Source of the DNA: a virus
IMG/VR virus record: IMGVR_UViG_3300043540_000091
Coordinates: 64,001-128,000 of that record
Length of the DNA: 64,000 bases
Direction: 5' to 3' (one strand)
Of the stretch, positions 29,227 through 39,085 are shown piece after piece (position 1 is the first letter of the stretch; each line of letters starts with the position of its first letter). Made by a program: the position numbers and the translations under genes. Below the pieces are notes generated by a model. That model saw only the letters and a list, made by a program, of their open reading frames with translations. It did not search any database and was not told where the DNA came from.

Positions 29227-29647
29227 CTTCGAGTTCAAGGAGTTTATCCCCAAGGAGCTGTACAGGCGGTACTTCGACGTCGCTGCCAAAGGTGGGAAGC
29301 TGTTCGTCTGCGTAATACAAGATGAGGCCCAGGTCAATACGATCTACCTTGAACGTCCACGCGAATCGGACGGACCGAACGTGGAGGGTATAGCTCGGGT
29401 GTTCTTTGACGTCGGGCATGTGAAGCGATACTGCTCGCAGATAGCCATGGTCGAGAACTTACATCCGGATACGGTTAAGCGATGGGAAGTTCAATTCGAC
29501 GAGCTTATCGAGTACATCCTCACCTTTGACGAGCGCCGTCGCGCGGCAGGGCGTAAAAGTATCGCCGCCATCGCGTCTGCGTTCTACGGAGAAAAGTTTG
29601 TACAAATCGACACGGTATGGACATCAAACAAAGAAGTTATGGTATAG
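29210..29647 (+). CDS. hypothetical protein (145 aa)
   Basis: Coupled ORF in the operon. Confidence 0.65.
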   Translation: MSQASSFEFKEFIPKELYRRYFDVAAKGGKLFVCVIQDEAQVNTIYLERPRESDGPNVEGIARVFFDVGHVKRYCSQIAMVENLHPDTVKRWEVQFDELIEYILTFDERRRAAGRKSIAAIASAFYGEKFVQIDTVWTSNKEVMV

Positions 29648-29648
29648 T
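29640..29648 (+). promoter_or_regulatory. extended -10 promoter TGGTATAGT
   Basis: Followed by an AGGAGG RBS and ATG 29666. Confidence 0.6.
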
Positions 29649-29665
29649 CCAAGCAGGAGGTATCC

Positions 29666-29974
29666 ATGAGCAAACAGTCCGCTAAAGGCGCGAAGAGCGC
29701 TGAGTCAGTCGAAAAGGCCGAGAAAGTTCCGGCAGAGATCCAGAAGTTGACAGAACTTCGAACTAATTATGAGAATAATCTCAACCAGACGCAACAACAG
29801 ATTGCACAGTTGAGTCAGACTCTCAACATGCTCAATGCCAAAGTCGAGCAGTTGAAAGGAGCGATCTTCAGCTTGCAAGAGTTGGAGCAACAACTTACCG
29901 GTAAACCGGACGCTGCCGCAGAAGCTCCCAAGGCTGAAGAAACCAAGGAAGTTGCCGATGGCTCGCAAGGCTAG
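29666..29974 (+). CDS. coiled-coil hypothetical protein
   Basis: Strong RBS; heptad-rich sequence. Confidence 0.7.
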   Translation: MSKQSAKGAKSAESVEKAEKVPAEIQKLTELRTNYENNLNQTQQQIAQLSQTLNMLNAKVEQLKGAIFSLQELEQQLTGKPDAAAEAPKAEETKEVADGSQG

Positions 29975-30254
29975 ACGCGGACCGAAGTCACTCTTTGACA
30001 AGATCAAAGAGATCGATGCCGAGTTCCCAGAAGGTCTGATCACGGCCACAGACGAGATGCTCAACCAGCGTCTTGCTGCGCTTGCCAAAGAACAGACCGC
30101 GATCGAAGAAGAGCGTGCTGCGGATACCGACCTCAAGTCGCTTCAAGAACAAGCGAAGCACGCTGCTTCCGGATACAACGAACGCACTCAGGCCGTAAAG
30201 CTGAAGCGCCGTTATGTGTACGGAATCCTAAAGGAGCGCGGTAAGGCACCGTGA
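29958..30254 (+). CDS. hypothetical helical protein
   Basis: ATG at 29958; GTGA overlap with the next gene. Confidence 0.65.
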   Translation: MARKARRGPKSLFDKIKEIDAEFPEGLITATDEMLNQRLAALAKEQTAIEEERAADTDLKSLQEQAKHAASGYNERTQAVKLKRRYVYGILKERGKAP

Positions 30255-30886
30255 AGACCTTAGGCCTGGATATCAGCTCAACTAAGACTGGGTACGCCGT
30301 CGTAACTGACGGCGTTCTCACGTTACACGGCCTGATCCCTGGCATCAAGCCTGATCGCCCAGGACAGCCGGAAGACTTTACCTTCATAGAACGCGCTCAG
30401 CATATGGCCAACGAGATCTTCAAGGTCATAACTGCTACGTGGCCTGACATGATCTTCATCGAGCAGACGAACCTTGGCAACTCGCGCACGGACCAGAAGC
30501 TTCTAGAGTTTGTCCATTTCGCTGTCCTATCAAAGATCATCGAGCTGAAGCGTCAGGGCAGCACCAGATACGTTGACACATCCCAATGGCGCTCAGTCCT
30601 TCAGATCAAGCTCAACAAAGACCAAAGGCTCAACAACAAGCTCGTCAAGCTTGGCAAGAAGAGAGGAAAGGTTACCTTCAAACACCTCTCTGTGGAATGG
30701 GCCAACTCGACCTATGGCTTACAACTCCTTAAGAAGGATCATGACGTCGCCGACGCTATCGCCCTCGCGACCTATGGCCAGAAGAAGGCCTCCGAACCTA
30801 CCACTGCGGCTCACGACGTAGATAAGATCTTGCGTGATAGCGAACTTGTGGTATCATCAGGACATGAACAAGACGCCAAACAATAA
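30251..30886 (+). CDS. RuvC-like Holliday junction resolvase
   Basis: LGLDISSTKTGYAV, IFIEQ, DVADAIALA motifs. Confidence 0.82.
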   Translation: MKTLGLDISSTKTGYAVVTDGVLTLHGLIPGIKPDRPGQPEDFTFIERAQHMANEIFKVITATWPDMIFIEQTNLGNSRTDQKLLEFVHFAVLSKIIELKRQGSTRYVDTSQWRSVLQIKLNKDQRLNNKLVKLGKKRGKVTFKHLSVEWANSTYGLQLLKKDHDVADAIALATYGQKKASEPTTAAHDVDKILRDSELVVSSGHEQDAKQ

Positions 30887-31706
30887 CTTCCTTGAAGAAG
30901 AGATCGAGTACGAGGAAGTTCCAGAATCAGAGATCTCTCCCGAGGATGAAGTCCTCGAGGAAATCGAAGAAGAGATCGAAGTTGCCGACAGAGTAGCTCG
31001 CGAGACGATGAAGGCTCTCACCGAAGCTGAATCTCGCATCGAGCAGGCCAATCTGTACAAGGCCGTCCTCAACACGAGTCTGTTCGCCAAGGGTTCAGCC
31101 CGTCCGGAGATCATCAAGAGAGTCGAGAAGGAGTTCAAGGCGTTCGTCATGTATCGCTTGGAAGTTCTGCTCGGCATCAAAGCCGAAGGCGGTGTCTCAG
31201 GCACGTCGCAGCAGTCTGCGGTCGCAGTCAACATGCCGTTCTCTCAGTCTGAAGTCGCCGCTCTCAAGGACATCGCTCGCAAGCTGGTAGCTAAGCAAGC
31301 TCCACCGCCAGCTGTGCAGCAGGCAGCCGTTCCTGTAGTAACTCCCGTCGCAGCTCAGGAACAGGTTCCGGTCGGTCAGGTCGGCGAAGAACAGGAAGAG
31401 GCATACGAAGAGCCTCAACGTCCCGTCCGCATGGTCAAGAGAGTTGTAAAGCGCACCGTCAACGGGCAGCAACAAGCTCCTGCCAAGAAGCCTCGTCGCC
31501 CACGTTCCAACAACGTCAGTGAAGTTACCGGCCAAGATCTCTCTCAGGCGAGAAGCGAAGCTCGTCCACCGGTACCAATGCCTTCTGCATCGATGATGAA
31601 CGCCATGAACGCTGATCTTGCTGAAAAGAACGCCCGTGGCGGCGTTGCTGCCACGCAAGGCGCTCTGACTGGGCATCTTAAAACCTTAATTAACGGAAAC
31701 GGATAG
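30864..31706 (+). CDS. hypothetical protein with acidic N-terminus and low-complexity C-terminus
   Basis: Start reassigned to ATG 30864, 6 nt after TGGTATCAT (30849-30857). Confidence 0.7.
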   Translation: MNKTPNNNFLEEEIEYEEVPESEISPEDEVLEEIEEEIEVADRVARETMKALTEAESRIEQANLYKAVLNTSLFAKGSARPEIIKRVEKEFKAFVMYRLEVLLGIKAEGGVSGTSQQSAVAVNMPFSQSEVAALKDIARKLVAKQAPPPAVQQAAVPVVTPVAAQEQVPVGQVGEEQEEAYEEPQRPVRMVKRVVKRTVNGQQQAPAKKPRRPRSNNVSEVTGQDLSQARSEARPPVPMPSASMMNAMNADLAEKNARGGVAATQGALTGHLKTLINGNG

Positions 31707-31714
31707 GAGAATAA

Positions 31715-32401
31715 ATGAACGCACTGAACAAGATCGCAGAGATGGAAGCAAAGCTGGCCGCCCTCGAGAAGATCGCCATGGGCATGCCGAAGATGGTTCA
31801 AGACTTCCAACGTCTTTCCGACGACGTGAAGCAGATCACGAAGGCCTGCGAGAACCTGATCACGGTCATCAACAAGCGGACCGGAGATCTTGCTCAGGTG
31901 GACAACATCATAATCACCCGACAGATGGCGCTCGAGCAGTCGCTCGCGTCGCTCTCAAAAACCGCCGCTGCGATGGTAGCAGAGTTGTCCGAGACTAAAG
32001 TCCTGAATCAAGAAGCTGTCATGCTGAGAATGAGAAAGTCCGACGAAGAGCTTGACAAGCAACGCGTCGAGAAGATGATCGAGCAGAAGGTCCTCAAGGA
32101 AGCTGAAACTATCACGAACGACTCGTTTATCGTGGTATCTCAAGAGTTTACATACGCCGATGGGAAGGTTGACGTGGTAGCGGAGTTCCGTTCATACGAC
32201 ATGACCAACCCAGAACTCGACGAGGACACCAAGAAAAACTACGTCGGCAAGCGTAAAAATGATACCGTCGAACTTAATCTTGAAGACGGTGTTTTAAGAA
32301 CCACCGTCCTTCAGGTCTACGACTATGTCCAGGTCTACGCCGAATCAAATGGCGAAGATCAAGCGAAGGATGAGTCGCAACCTCAGGCAAACCAACAATA
32401 G
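31715..32401 (+). CDS. coiled-coil protein with a possible FKBP/trigger-factor-like C-terminal domain
   Basis: AGGAG RBS. C-terminal ITNDSFIVVSQEFTYADGKV..YVGKRKNDTVEL..TTVLQVYD loosely follows the FKBP-fold pattern. Confidence 0.4.
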   Translation: MNALNKIAEMEAKLAALEKIAMGMPKMVQDFQRLSDDVKQITKACENLITVINKRTGDLAQVDNIIITRQMALEQSLASLSKTAAAMVAELSETKVLNQEAVMLRMRKSDEELDKQRVEKMIEQKVLKEAETITNDSFIVVSQEFTYADGKVDVVAEFRSYDMTNPELDEDTKKNYVGKRKNDTVELNLEDGVLRTTVLQVYDYVQVYAESNGEDQAKDESQPQANQQ

Positions 32402-33706
32402 GTGTTAAAGATGCCCAAGGATAAGAAGCCGAAGTCTGAGGAGAAAACCTCCAGGCTTACCGGTCAGGCCCTTCTAAACGCCATTGCCGCAGACATCAAG
32501 AATACCGCAGAGCAGCTCGACACTGAGCCTGCAATGCTCACCTGGGCTCAGTATCGCGCCAACGGTGGGTACTTCGGGTACCAGAAGATGTACTCTGCTG
32601 GCGGCGGATATAACGCCATCAAGAAGCTCTTCTTCGAGAAGGACATGCCCAAGGACCGCGCGTCCGTAGGTGAGGTCCGCGAGCTGCGTAAGCAGTATCT
32701 CGCCACTGAACGTCGTCTCGAGAGCCGAGAGATGTTCCTCGAGAGGCTCGAGACCATGCTCGAGAACCTCAAGCCGCTCAAGATCACTCCATACAGACCG
32801 AAGGACTCGTACAAGCCCGTAAAGCGTGTGGTGAACCTCCTTCTGTCGGATCTACACTTCGGATCTGACATCGAGACGCGTGAAACTGGCATTGGATGGG
32901 GTAAGACGGAAGAAGCTCGCTGCTTCGCGCACATCGTCAAGAACGTGTGCAGCTACAAGCGTCACTATCGCCCTGAGACCAAGCTGTGCGTATCGATTGC
33001 TGGCGACGTGATCGAGAATGAGCTGCACGACAAGTCATCCGCCGCACCTCTGCACGAGCAGGTCTGCCGCGCGATCCATCTATTGACACAAGGCATTGCT
33101 CGGTTCTCTGAGAACTTCCCTGAGGTCGAGGTATACTACTCGGTCGGTAACCATGGCCGCGACATGTCGATCCACCACGGTCGCGCAACTTCTCAGAAGT
33201 GGAACGCTATCGAGACGACTATCTACTACGCTGTCAAGAAGGCCTGCGGTCACATGAAGAACGTGAAGTTCACGCAGCCTCTTACTCCTTGGGTAACGTA
33301 CGATGCCCTCGGCCATAAGGTATACGTCACTCACGGAGACACCAACCTCAACGTGGGTAACCCTGGTAACACCATCTCGATCCGCCAACTAGAGACTCAG
33401 ATCAATCGTCTGAACTCCTCTTTAAAGGACGACGAGAAGTATGCGGTGTTTGCAGTCGGCCACGTACATCTGGCACTGAGCACTCAACTGCCGAACGGAG
33501 CGCACCTGTTCATGAACGGACCTCTGGTCCCGCCGAACTCGTTCGCACAGACGTTCAGTATCATGCGATCCCCTCAGAACCAGGTCATGTGGGAGACCAC
33601 AGAAGCGTTTGCCGTAGGAGATCAGCGGTTTATTAACGCCGCCGGTGCCGAAACCAACACTTCTCTCGACAAGATCATCCAGCCGTTCACTGAAATTGAC
33701 GTATAA
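32402..33706 (+). CDS. calcineurin-like metallophosphoesterase
   Basis: LSDLHFG, AGDVIEN, GNHGR, THGD, GHVH motifs. Confidence 0.85.
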   Translation: MLKMPKDKKPKSEEKTSRLTGQALLNAIAADIKNTAEQLDTEPAMLTWAQYRANGGYFGYQKMYSAGGGYNAIKKLFFEKDMPKDRASVGEVRELRKQYLATERRLESREMFLERLETMLENLKPLKITPYRPKDSYKPVKRVVNLLLSDLHFGSDIETRETGIGWGKTEEARCFAHIVKNVCSYKRHYRPETKLCVSIAGDVIENELHDKSSAAPLHEQVCRAIHLLTQGIARFSENFPEVEVYYSVGNHGRDMSIHHGRATSQKWNAIETTIYYAVKKACGHMKNVKFTQPLTPWVTYDALGHKVYVTHGDTNLNVGNPGNTISIRQLETQINRLNSSLKDDEKYAVFAVGHVHLALSTQLPNGAHLFMNGPLVPPNSFAQTFSIMRSPQNQVMWETTEAFAVGDQRFINAAGAETNTSLDKIIQPFTEIDV

Positions 33707-33723
33707 TACGTCAGAGGAGCTTC

Positions 33724-34041
33724 GTGAGCAGGTCTCACGGCGACAGAGGCGACCAGGCTAACAAGCTTCGGGCGCTGAAGAAGCAGGTCGAATCCCTTAA
33801 GCGGGAGAACTCAGGACTCCAGAAGGAGTTGCGCAAGGCGAACCAACGCGTCGCTGAGCTACTGAACTTCGCGCTTGAGGAAGAACCTGACGCTCCTTTT
33901 AAGAAGGGAGAGGGCTTAACCTGCACTAATCCAAGCTGTAGCAAGGGTGTCTACGCAGAACATCGGTATCCGGTGCGCGGAGGCGAGAAGGTCTACCTGG
34001 TGTGTAACCTGTGCAAGGATCGTAAGCCCGTTAAGGGATGA
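33724..34041 (+). CDS. coiled-coil plus zinc-ribbon protein
   Basis: CTNPSC...CNLC. Preceded by TATAAT (33702) and a GAGGAG RBS. Confidence 0.7.
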   Translation: MSRSHGDRGDQANKLRALKKQVESLKRENSGLQKELRKANQRVAELLNFALEEEPDAPFKKGEGLTCTNPSCSKGVYAEHRYPVRGGEKVYLVCNLCKDRKPVKG

Positions 34042-34412
34042 TCTGGACAAGTAACGATAACCCAGCGTATCTTCGCGCGGTCTATGAGATCGAAACCACC
34101 AGGGCCGACATCGCTCGGATGGAACTCGAGCTTATGAGATTGAATGAGAACCGTGCCTCCGTGTATGCTCAGATCGAGCTGATCGAGTCGAACCTTGACT
34201 ACATCCACAAGTACGCAAAGGTTGTAGGCCTGAGGGAGTATTCAAACCTGAAGGCCATACTGAAGCACGAGACCTCCGCGTTCGTATACGCTAAGAATCA
34301 GATCCTTCACGTCGAGAAGGTCCTCGAGTCCTTCAAGGACGGGCTGACTAGACTTCAATCTAGGTTACCATCCTTCCAGACTAAGGTCTTGGAGTTCAAG
34401 CGAGATGAATAA
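34038..34412 (+). CDS. hypothetical coiled-coil protein
   Basis: Coupled ORF. Confidence 0.65.
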   Translation: MIWTSNDNPAYLRAVYEIETTRADIARMELELMRLNENRASVYAQIELIESNLDYIHKYAKVVGLREYSNLKAILKHETSAFVYAKNQILHVEKVLESFKDGLTRLQSRLPSFQTKVLEFKRDE

Positions 34413-34623
34413 GCAGGATCTCTCGACCAAGGTCTTGCGCGAGCGGGACTTCATAAACTCCCCGAAGCATGACAACTCCCTCAGGAAGTTCGTAGACGAG
34501 CATCCTGACGGCGCGAAGGACTCGGTCATCTGCAAGGCCCTCTGCATGACTCAGAAAGAACTTGAAGAAACGTATCAATGTGCTATCCTCAAGCTTAAAG
34601 AAGGCTTGAACACGGATGAATGA
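34405..34623 (+). CDS. small HTH protein, possibly sigma region-4-like
   Basis: DSVICKALCMTQKELEETYQCAILKLK resembles the region 4.2 pattern EIA..L.IS...V.....RA..KLR. Confidence 0.45.
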   Translation: MNKQDLSTKVLRERDFINSPKHDNSLRKFVDEHPDGAKDSVICKALCMTQKELEETYQCAILKLKEGLNTDE

Positions 34624-37600
34624 TAGACGTTTCAAACAACTGATCAACCCGCACTCACACTCTGACCATAGCCTTGACGGTGCTGCGACTGTAAAGCAGA
34701 TCGTCAAACGCAATGCTGAGCTTGGTGCTACCCACGTAGCGTTGACCGAGCACGGCAGCATGAACAGTGCGATGGACCTGTACACCAAGGCCAAGGACGC
34801 CGGTCTCAAGCCAATCATCGGCATGGAAGCTTACATGGTCAACCCATTCCACGATGAGTACGTCGAGCTGTACCGCGCGGCGTTCAAGGCCGGTAAATGG
34901 AAGCCGCGCAACATCAAGGAAGACAACTACGAGGCCATAGAGCGAGCGATCCAACGTACGGCCATGAATCAATACCTGCACGTCACCATCCACTTCAAGG
35001 ATGCGTGGGCATATCGGTACTTCTGTGGCTTGTCCGAAGCGATGTATTCTCGCGCCGTCAAGAAGTATGACGAGCTGAAGCCCATGATCACTCTCGACGA
35101 GCTTCGAGGTGCTAGGGGCCATATCACGATAGGTTCCTCGTGTATGAAGGGACCTATCCAGAACTTCATGCTGCCGTCCCGTGACGGAATGATTCAGCCG
35201 AACCAAGCGCATGCCGAATGGATGTACCAGCAGCTCCGCGAGATTGCTGGACCGGACGGCTTCTTCGTCGAGGTATTCCCTCACACCGTCACGCATGATT
35301 GGCAGAAGGCTGAGAAGGATGATACCGGCACCATCGTGAAGCCTGGTTACTTCAAGCCTCATGAGTGTACCTGTCACGCTCCCGAAGGAGATCTCCAGAA
35401 GCCTCTCAACAAATACGCGATCGACCTTGCCAAGAAGTACGGCGACAAAATCATTATATCGCTTGACAGTCATTTCGCGACGGAGGACCAGAAGGTCATC
35501 CAGGACGCAAAGCTTGGCAATGGCGAAGAGAGCTGGCGCTTCCATAACTCGTACCACATCATGTCCACGGATGAGGCTGCAGCCATCCTGAAGGGTACCT
35601 TGGGAGTGTCCGACCGCGACATCGAGGAGTGGGTTGACAACTCGTACGCCTTCGCGTCGAACTTCAACGATTTCAAGCTGGAGACATCCAAGGACCGCTG
35701 GGTTCTGGCCGGTGACGGCGAACGATTCCTGGGACATCTAAAGTCCACGATAGACAAGTGGGGACGGATGGACTGGAACGACCAGGAGATGGTCGCTCAG
35801 CTCAAGCGTGAGATCCAGATATTGGCGTTCAACGGTAAGCTGAACCTACTCTCGTATGTCGAGACTATCGAGGATATCTCCAACTTCTGTCGAGAGAACG
35901 ACGTCCTCATGAACGTGCGGGGATCAGCTGGCGGATCACTGTTGATGTACGTCATCGGAGTGTCTGGTATCAACCCGCTACCACACAAGTTGTCCTTCGG
36001 ACGTTTTCTTACGGAAGGCCGCATCAAGGCGAACACCCTCCCAGACGTCGACATGGACGTCTCGGATCAGGAGAAGGTGATCGAGTATCTGAAGTCCAAG
36101 TACGGCAAGAACGTGTGCCGACTCTCAACGGATCTTCTTCTGCGGGTTAAATCGTCCATCAAGGATGCTGAACGGTCCATCTTTGGCCGCGTCCGCCCTG
36201 AAACCGAGCACTTATGCAGTAGGGCTATTCCATCCACTCCTCAAGGCAAGGACGATTACGAGTTCGTATTCGGCAAGGAAGGAACGACCGGCGAAGGTTT
36301 ATACAACACCAACATGCAGCTGCGCAGGTACGCCGACGAGAACCCTCAGGTCTGGTCGGTCGTGACGGAGATGCTGGGAATCCAGCGTAACAAGTCAACC
36401 CATGCGTGCGGATTCATCATCGCGGATCGTCCCATCACGGACTACATGCCGATCATCAAGGTGAACGACGAGTGGGTAACTGGCTTCAGTCCTAAGACGG
36501 CTGAGGCTGCTGGTCTGGTCAAGTTTGATCTTCTCGGGTTGAACACCCTTCGAGACATCAGGCTCGCGGTCAAGTCCATCAAGGAACGCACGGGGATGGT
36601 CATCGATCCATTCCATCTGCCCTTCTGCGCGAAGTCGGCCATGAACTTCCAGCTCGGTAAGACCGAAGGAGTCTTCCAGTTTGACACTCCAACGGTCAGA
36701 CCTCTTCAGACTCAGATCTTCAAGGCCGATCAGATGCGAACGGTCGTCGATATCTGCGAAGCAAACGCCGGTATCACGTCGCTCGGTCGTCCAGGTACAC
36801 TAGACGCGCCATCGGGAGATGGAAGAACTCTGGCCGAAGTGTACGTGGCCTGCGCGAACGGCGAACCTGTGAAGTATGTTCACCCTGATCTCGAACCGAT
36901 CCTCAAGAACACGTTCGGTATTCAGCTCTATCAGGAGCAGACGATCCAGATCTTCAAGGATATCGGAGGCATGGACGACACGGAAGCCGACGAGGTTCGT
37001 CGCGGTATCGGTAAGAAGATCGAGAAGGTTCTCATGGCGGCAACCGCCAAGCTTAAGGACGGCGCTCTCAAGCGCGGCTGGACGGAAGATCAAGTCAACT
37101 TGCTCATCGAACAGATTAAGGCTTCGGCTAACTATTCGTTCAACAAGTCGCACGCCGTGTCATATGCCTATGTCGCGTATGCATGCATGTGGCTCAAGAC
37201 GAACTATCCGCTCGACTGGTGGAAGGCGATCCTGTCTAACTCGACCAAGGACGAGATGGCCACGAAGTTCTGGCGGCACGTCAAAGATTTCACGACGCTT
37301 CCCGACATCAACATGTCAAAGGATGACTACGAGATCTCCGGTGACCGCATCATAGCTCCGTTTTCGATCCTTACTGGTGTGGGGGAGAAGTCTTACCAGG
37401 ACCTCATGAAGCATAAGCCGTATGAATCCCTGGAGTACTTCGTTCGATCTCACTTTCCTACCAAGGAAGAGGAGGACGAGAAGAAGCGCAAGGCCAAGAT
37501 GCGCAAGCAGGCCAAGGCGACTGGATCTAACATGCTGGAAGAAGATCGCGCCGATCGGAAGTCTGCGGTGAACGCAGGTATTGCTCGGAAGCTGATCGCA

Positions 37601-38293
37601 GCCGGTGTACTAGACTCCCTGTTCGAGCCTGGAATGATCATCGAAGAGAAGCTGATGAAGTTCGAGGAAGTTCGTGGCAGAGTTCGCGGCAAGAAGCCGG
37701 AGGTTGTCCCTGATGAGTTCGAGCGTATCTCAAATCTCGGTAAATACCTGCTGCGCAAGCAGCTGATCCAGATCTATTCAGAAGATCTGCGACCGATCAT
37801 GCTGCCGGTGCGAGGCTGTCGCGAGCTTCCGATCAGGTTCCAAGGTGCAAAGGGCTGGTTTACCCAGGACGGGTTCCCGATACTTGATGGAAACATGCTT
37901 GAATACTTCAAGACCAAGCATGAGGCTAAGATCGGGGTAGCGAACATCGTTCGGCAATTTGACATGCTTCTCGCTGATGGGGTTGACAACTGGCACCAAC
38001 CTGCTATAGTAGGAGACATCGAACGTCGCTTCTACGTGTTGGCATACGTCATCTCGGAGAAGTCGTTCCCGTACAAGAACAAGACCAAGTATGCGAATAG
38101 AATGGTCCTTGACGTGAACGGGGTCTTCACGGAAGAGATGCTCTGGCCAGGTAGGGACCAGTCAGAAGCGGAGATGGGATTCAAGGGAGCGCCGGTGCTG
38201 GCATCCTTCTACATCTCAACGCGCGGAGTGCAGCTTGGAAGCATTCACCCGCTGCTCGCCGAAGGGGATCTTGAGAAGTATGACATGGCTTAA
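34616..38293 (+). CDS. dnaE: DNA polymerase III alpha subunit (family C)
   Basis: PHP HSHSDHSLDG/ALTEHG/DSH, RGSAGGSL, PDVDMD, HACG, KFDLLGL, YQEQ, FNKSHA motifs. Confidence 0.97.
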   Translation: MNDRRFKQLINPHSHSDHSLDGAATVKQIVKRNAELGATHVALTEHGSMNSAMDLYTKAKDAGLKPIIGMEAYMVNPFHDEYVELYRAAFKAGKWKPRNIKEDNYEAIERAIQRTAMNQYLHVTIHFKDAWAYRYFCGLSEAMYSRAVKKYDELKPMITLDELRGARGHITIGSSCMKGPIQNFMLPSRDGMIQPNQAHAEWMYQQLREIAGPDGFFVEVFPHTVTHDWQKAEKDDTGTIVKPGYFKPHECTCHAPEGDLQKPLNKYAIDLAKKYGDKIIISLDSHFATEDQKVIQDAKLGNGEESWRFHNSYHIMSTDEAAAILKGTLGVSDRDIEEWVDNSYAFASNFNDFKLETSKDRWVLAGDGERFLGHLKSTIDKWGRMDWNDQEMVAQLKREIQILAFNGKLNLLSYVETIEDISNFCRENDVLMNVRGSAGGSLLMYVIGVSGINPLPHKLSFGRFLTEGRIKANTLPDVDMDVSDQEKVIEYLKSKYGKNVCRLSTDLLLRVKSSIKDAERSIFGRVRPETEHLCSRAIPSTPQGKDDYEFVFGKEGTTGEGLYNTNMQLRRYADENPQVWSVVTEMLGIQRNKSTHACGFIIADRPITDYMPIIKVNDEWVTGFSPKTAEAAGLVKFDLLGLNTLRDIRLAVKSIKERTGMVIDPFHLPFCAKSAMNFQLGKTEGVFQFDTPTVRPLQTQIFKADQMRTVVDICEANAGITSLGRPGTLDAPSGDGRTLAEVYVACANGEPVKYVHPDLEPILKNTFGIQLYQEQTIQIFKDIGGMDDTEADEVRRGIGKKIEKVLMAATAKLKDGALKRGWTEDQVNLLIEQIKASANYSFNKSHAVSYAYVAYACMWLKTNYPLDWWKAILSNSTKDEMATKFWRHVKDFTTLPDINMSKDDYEISGDRIIAPFSILTGVGEKSYQDLMKHKPYESLEYFVRSHFPTKEEEDEKKRKAKMRKQAKATGSNMLEEDRADRKSAVNAGIARKLIAAGVLDSLFEPGMIIEEKLMKFEEVRGRVRGKKPEVVPDEFERISNLGKYLLRKQLIQIYSEDLRPIMLPVRGCRELPIRFQGAKGWFTQDGFPILDGNMLEYFKTKHEAKIGVANIVRQFDMLLADGVDNWHQPAIVGDIERRFYVLAYVISEKSFPYKNKTKYANRMVLDVNGVFTEEMLWPGRDQSEAEMGFKGAPVLASFYISTRGVQLGSIHPLLAEGDLEKYDMA

Positions 38294-38296
38294 TTG

Positions 38297-38305
38297 TGGT
38301 ATAAT
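38297..38305 (+). promoter_or_regulatory. extended -10 promoter TGGTATAAT
   Basis: Perfect TGnTATAAT followed by GGAGGT and ATG 38321. Confidence 0.7.
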
Positions 38306-38320
38306 CCCAGTGGAGGTAGT

Positions 38321-39085
38321 ATGAACAAGTTAAAAGAACTGTACACTAAGATCCTTGACGTGATCGCTGACACCGAGATCGATGCAAGTGCGACTGATCC
38401 GCGCGTTCGCGCAGGAGTCGAGGCTAAGGTCCGTAACGCCAAGCAAGACCTTGAGCGAGTCAAGCGGGAATACAAGGATGCCCTGATCGGCCATGTGGTC
38501 GTCATCGGAGTGAACGGTTCGTCTGCTACTGAGTTCGCAGCATCAGCAGAGAAGGCTGGCGCAATCGCCGTTGACTTCAACTTCATCGTCGACAAGACGG
38601 CAGAAAACCTATCGAAACGCGCCATCGGCAGCGAGTTCACCTCGGAAGCTCTGTTCAAGCTGATCGACGAACTGTCAAAGGTTCGACTGGAATACGATAT
38701 GATCCAACTTCCCACTCCGCGCGTCGACGCATACGCCGATGGCATCTACAACGCTCCGCTGCGTGAGGCCATCGCCAAGCTGTTCTCAAAGAATTACGGA
38801 TCAAGCCTTCAGTCGGCAGTTACTCGCCGCCTGATCGGAGATAAGGGACTTGACGCCAAGTTCACCGGCAAGAAGTTGCCCGTGATCGTCTACAACCTGG
38901 ATCAGGATATGGACGTTCGTTTCATCCCCGCGCCCGTGACCATCATTACCTCGAACGGTAAGGTTACGGACAACGGCGTAAAGAAGAAGCTCGCCGAAGT
39001 CAAGGCGATGCTCAGTGATAAGCAAGAAGAGACCAACGATTCCCAAACCAATGGCCAAAGTGCCCAAACAGAGGAGGAGTTATGA
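38321..39085 (+). CDS. hypothetical protein (possible degenerate P-loop fold)
   Basis: Start reassigned from the RBS. VVVIGVNGSSAT lacks the Walker lysine. Confidence 0.65.
   Translation: MNKLKELYTKILDVIADTEIDASATDPRVRAGVEAKVRNAKQDLERVKREYKDALIGHVVVIGVNGSSATEFAASAEKAGAIAVDFNFIVDKTAENLSKRAIGSEFTSEALFKLIDELSKVRLEYDMIQLPTPRVDAYADGIYNAPLREAIAKLFSKNYGSSLQSAVTRRLIGDKGLDAKFTGKKLPVIVYNLDQDMDVRFIPAPVTIITSNGKVTDNGVKKKLAEVKAMLSDKQEETNDSQTNGQSAQTEEEL

Noticed and set aside
34616-38293. Intein or intron in DnaE (also checked TerL, DnaB, RecA)
   Set aside because: No C/S..HN-C/S/T splice motifs or LAGLIDADG blocks were seen and lengths are ordinary. The Lys/Glu-rich insert in DnaE is short.
38321-39085. 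Nucleotide kinase call
   Set aside because: The P-loop-like GVNGSSAT lacks the catalytic GK[ST], so it is left as hypothetical.
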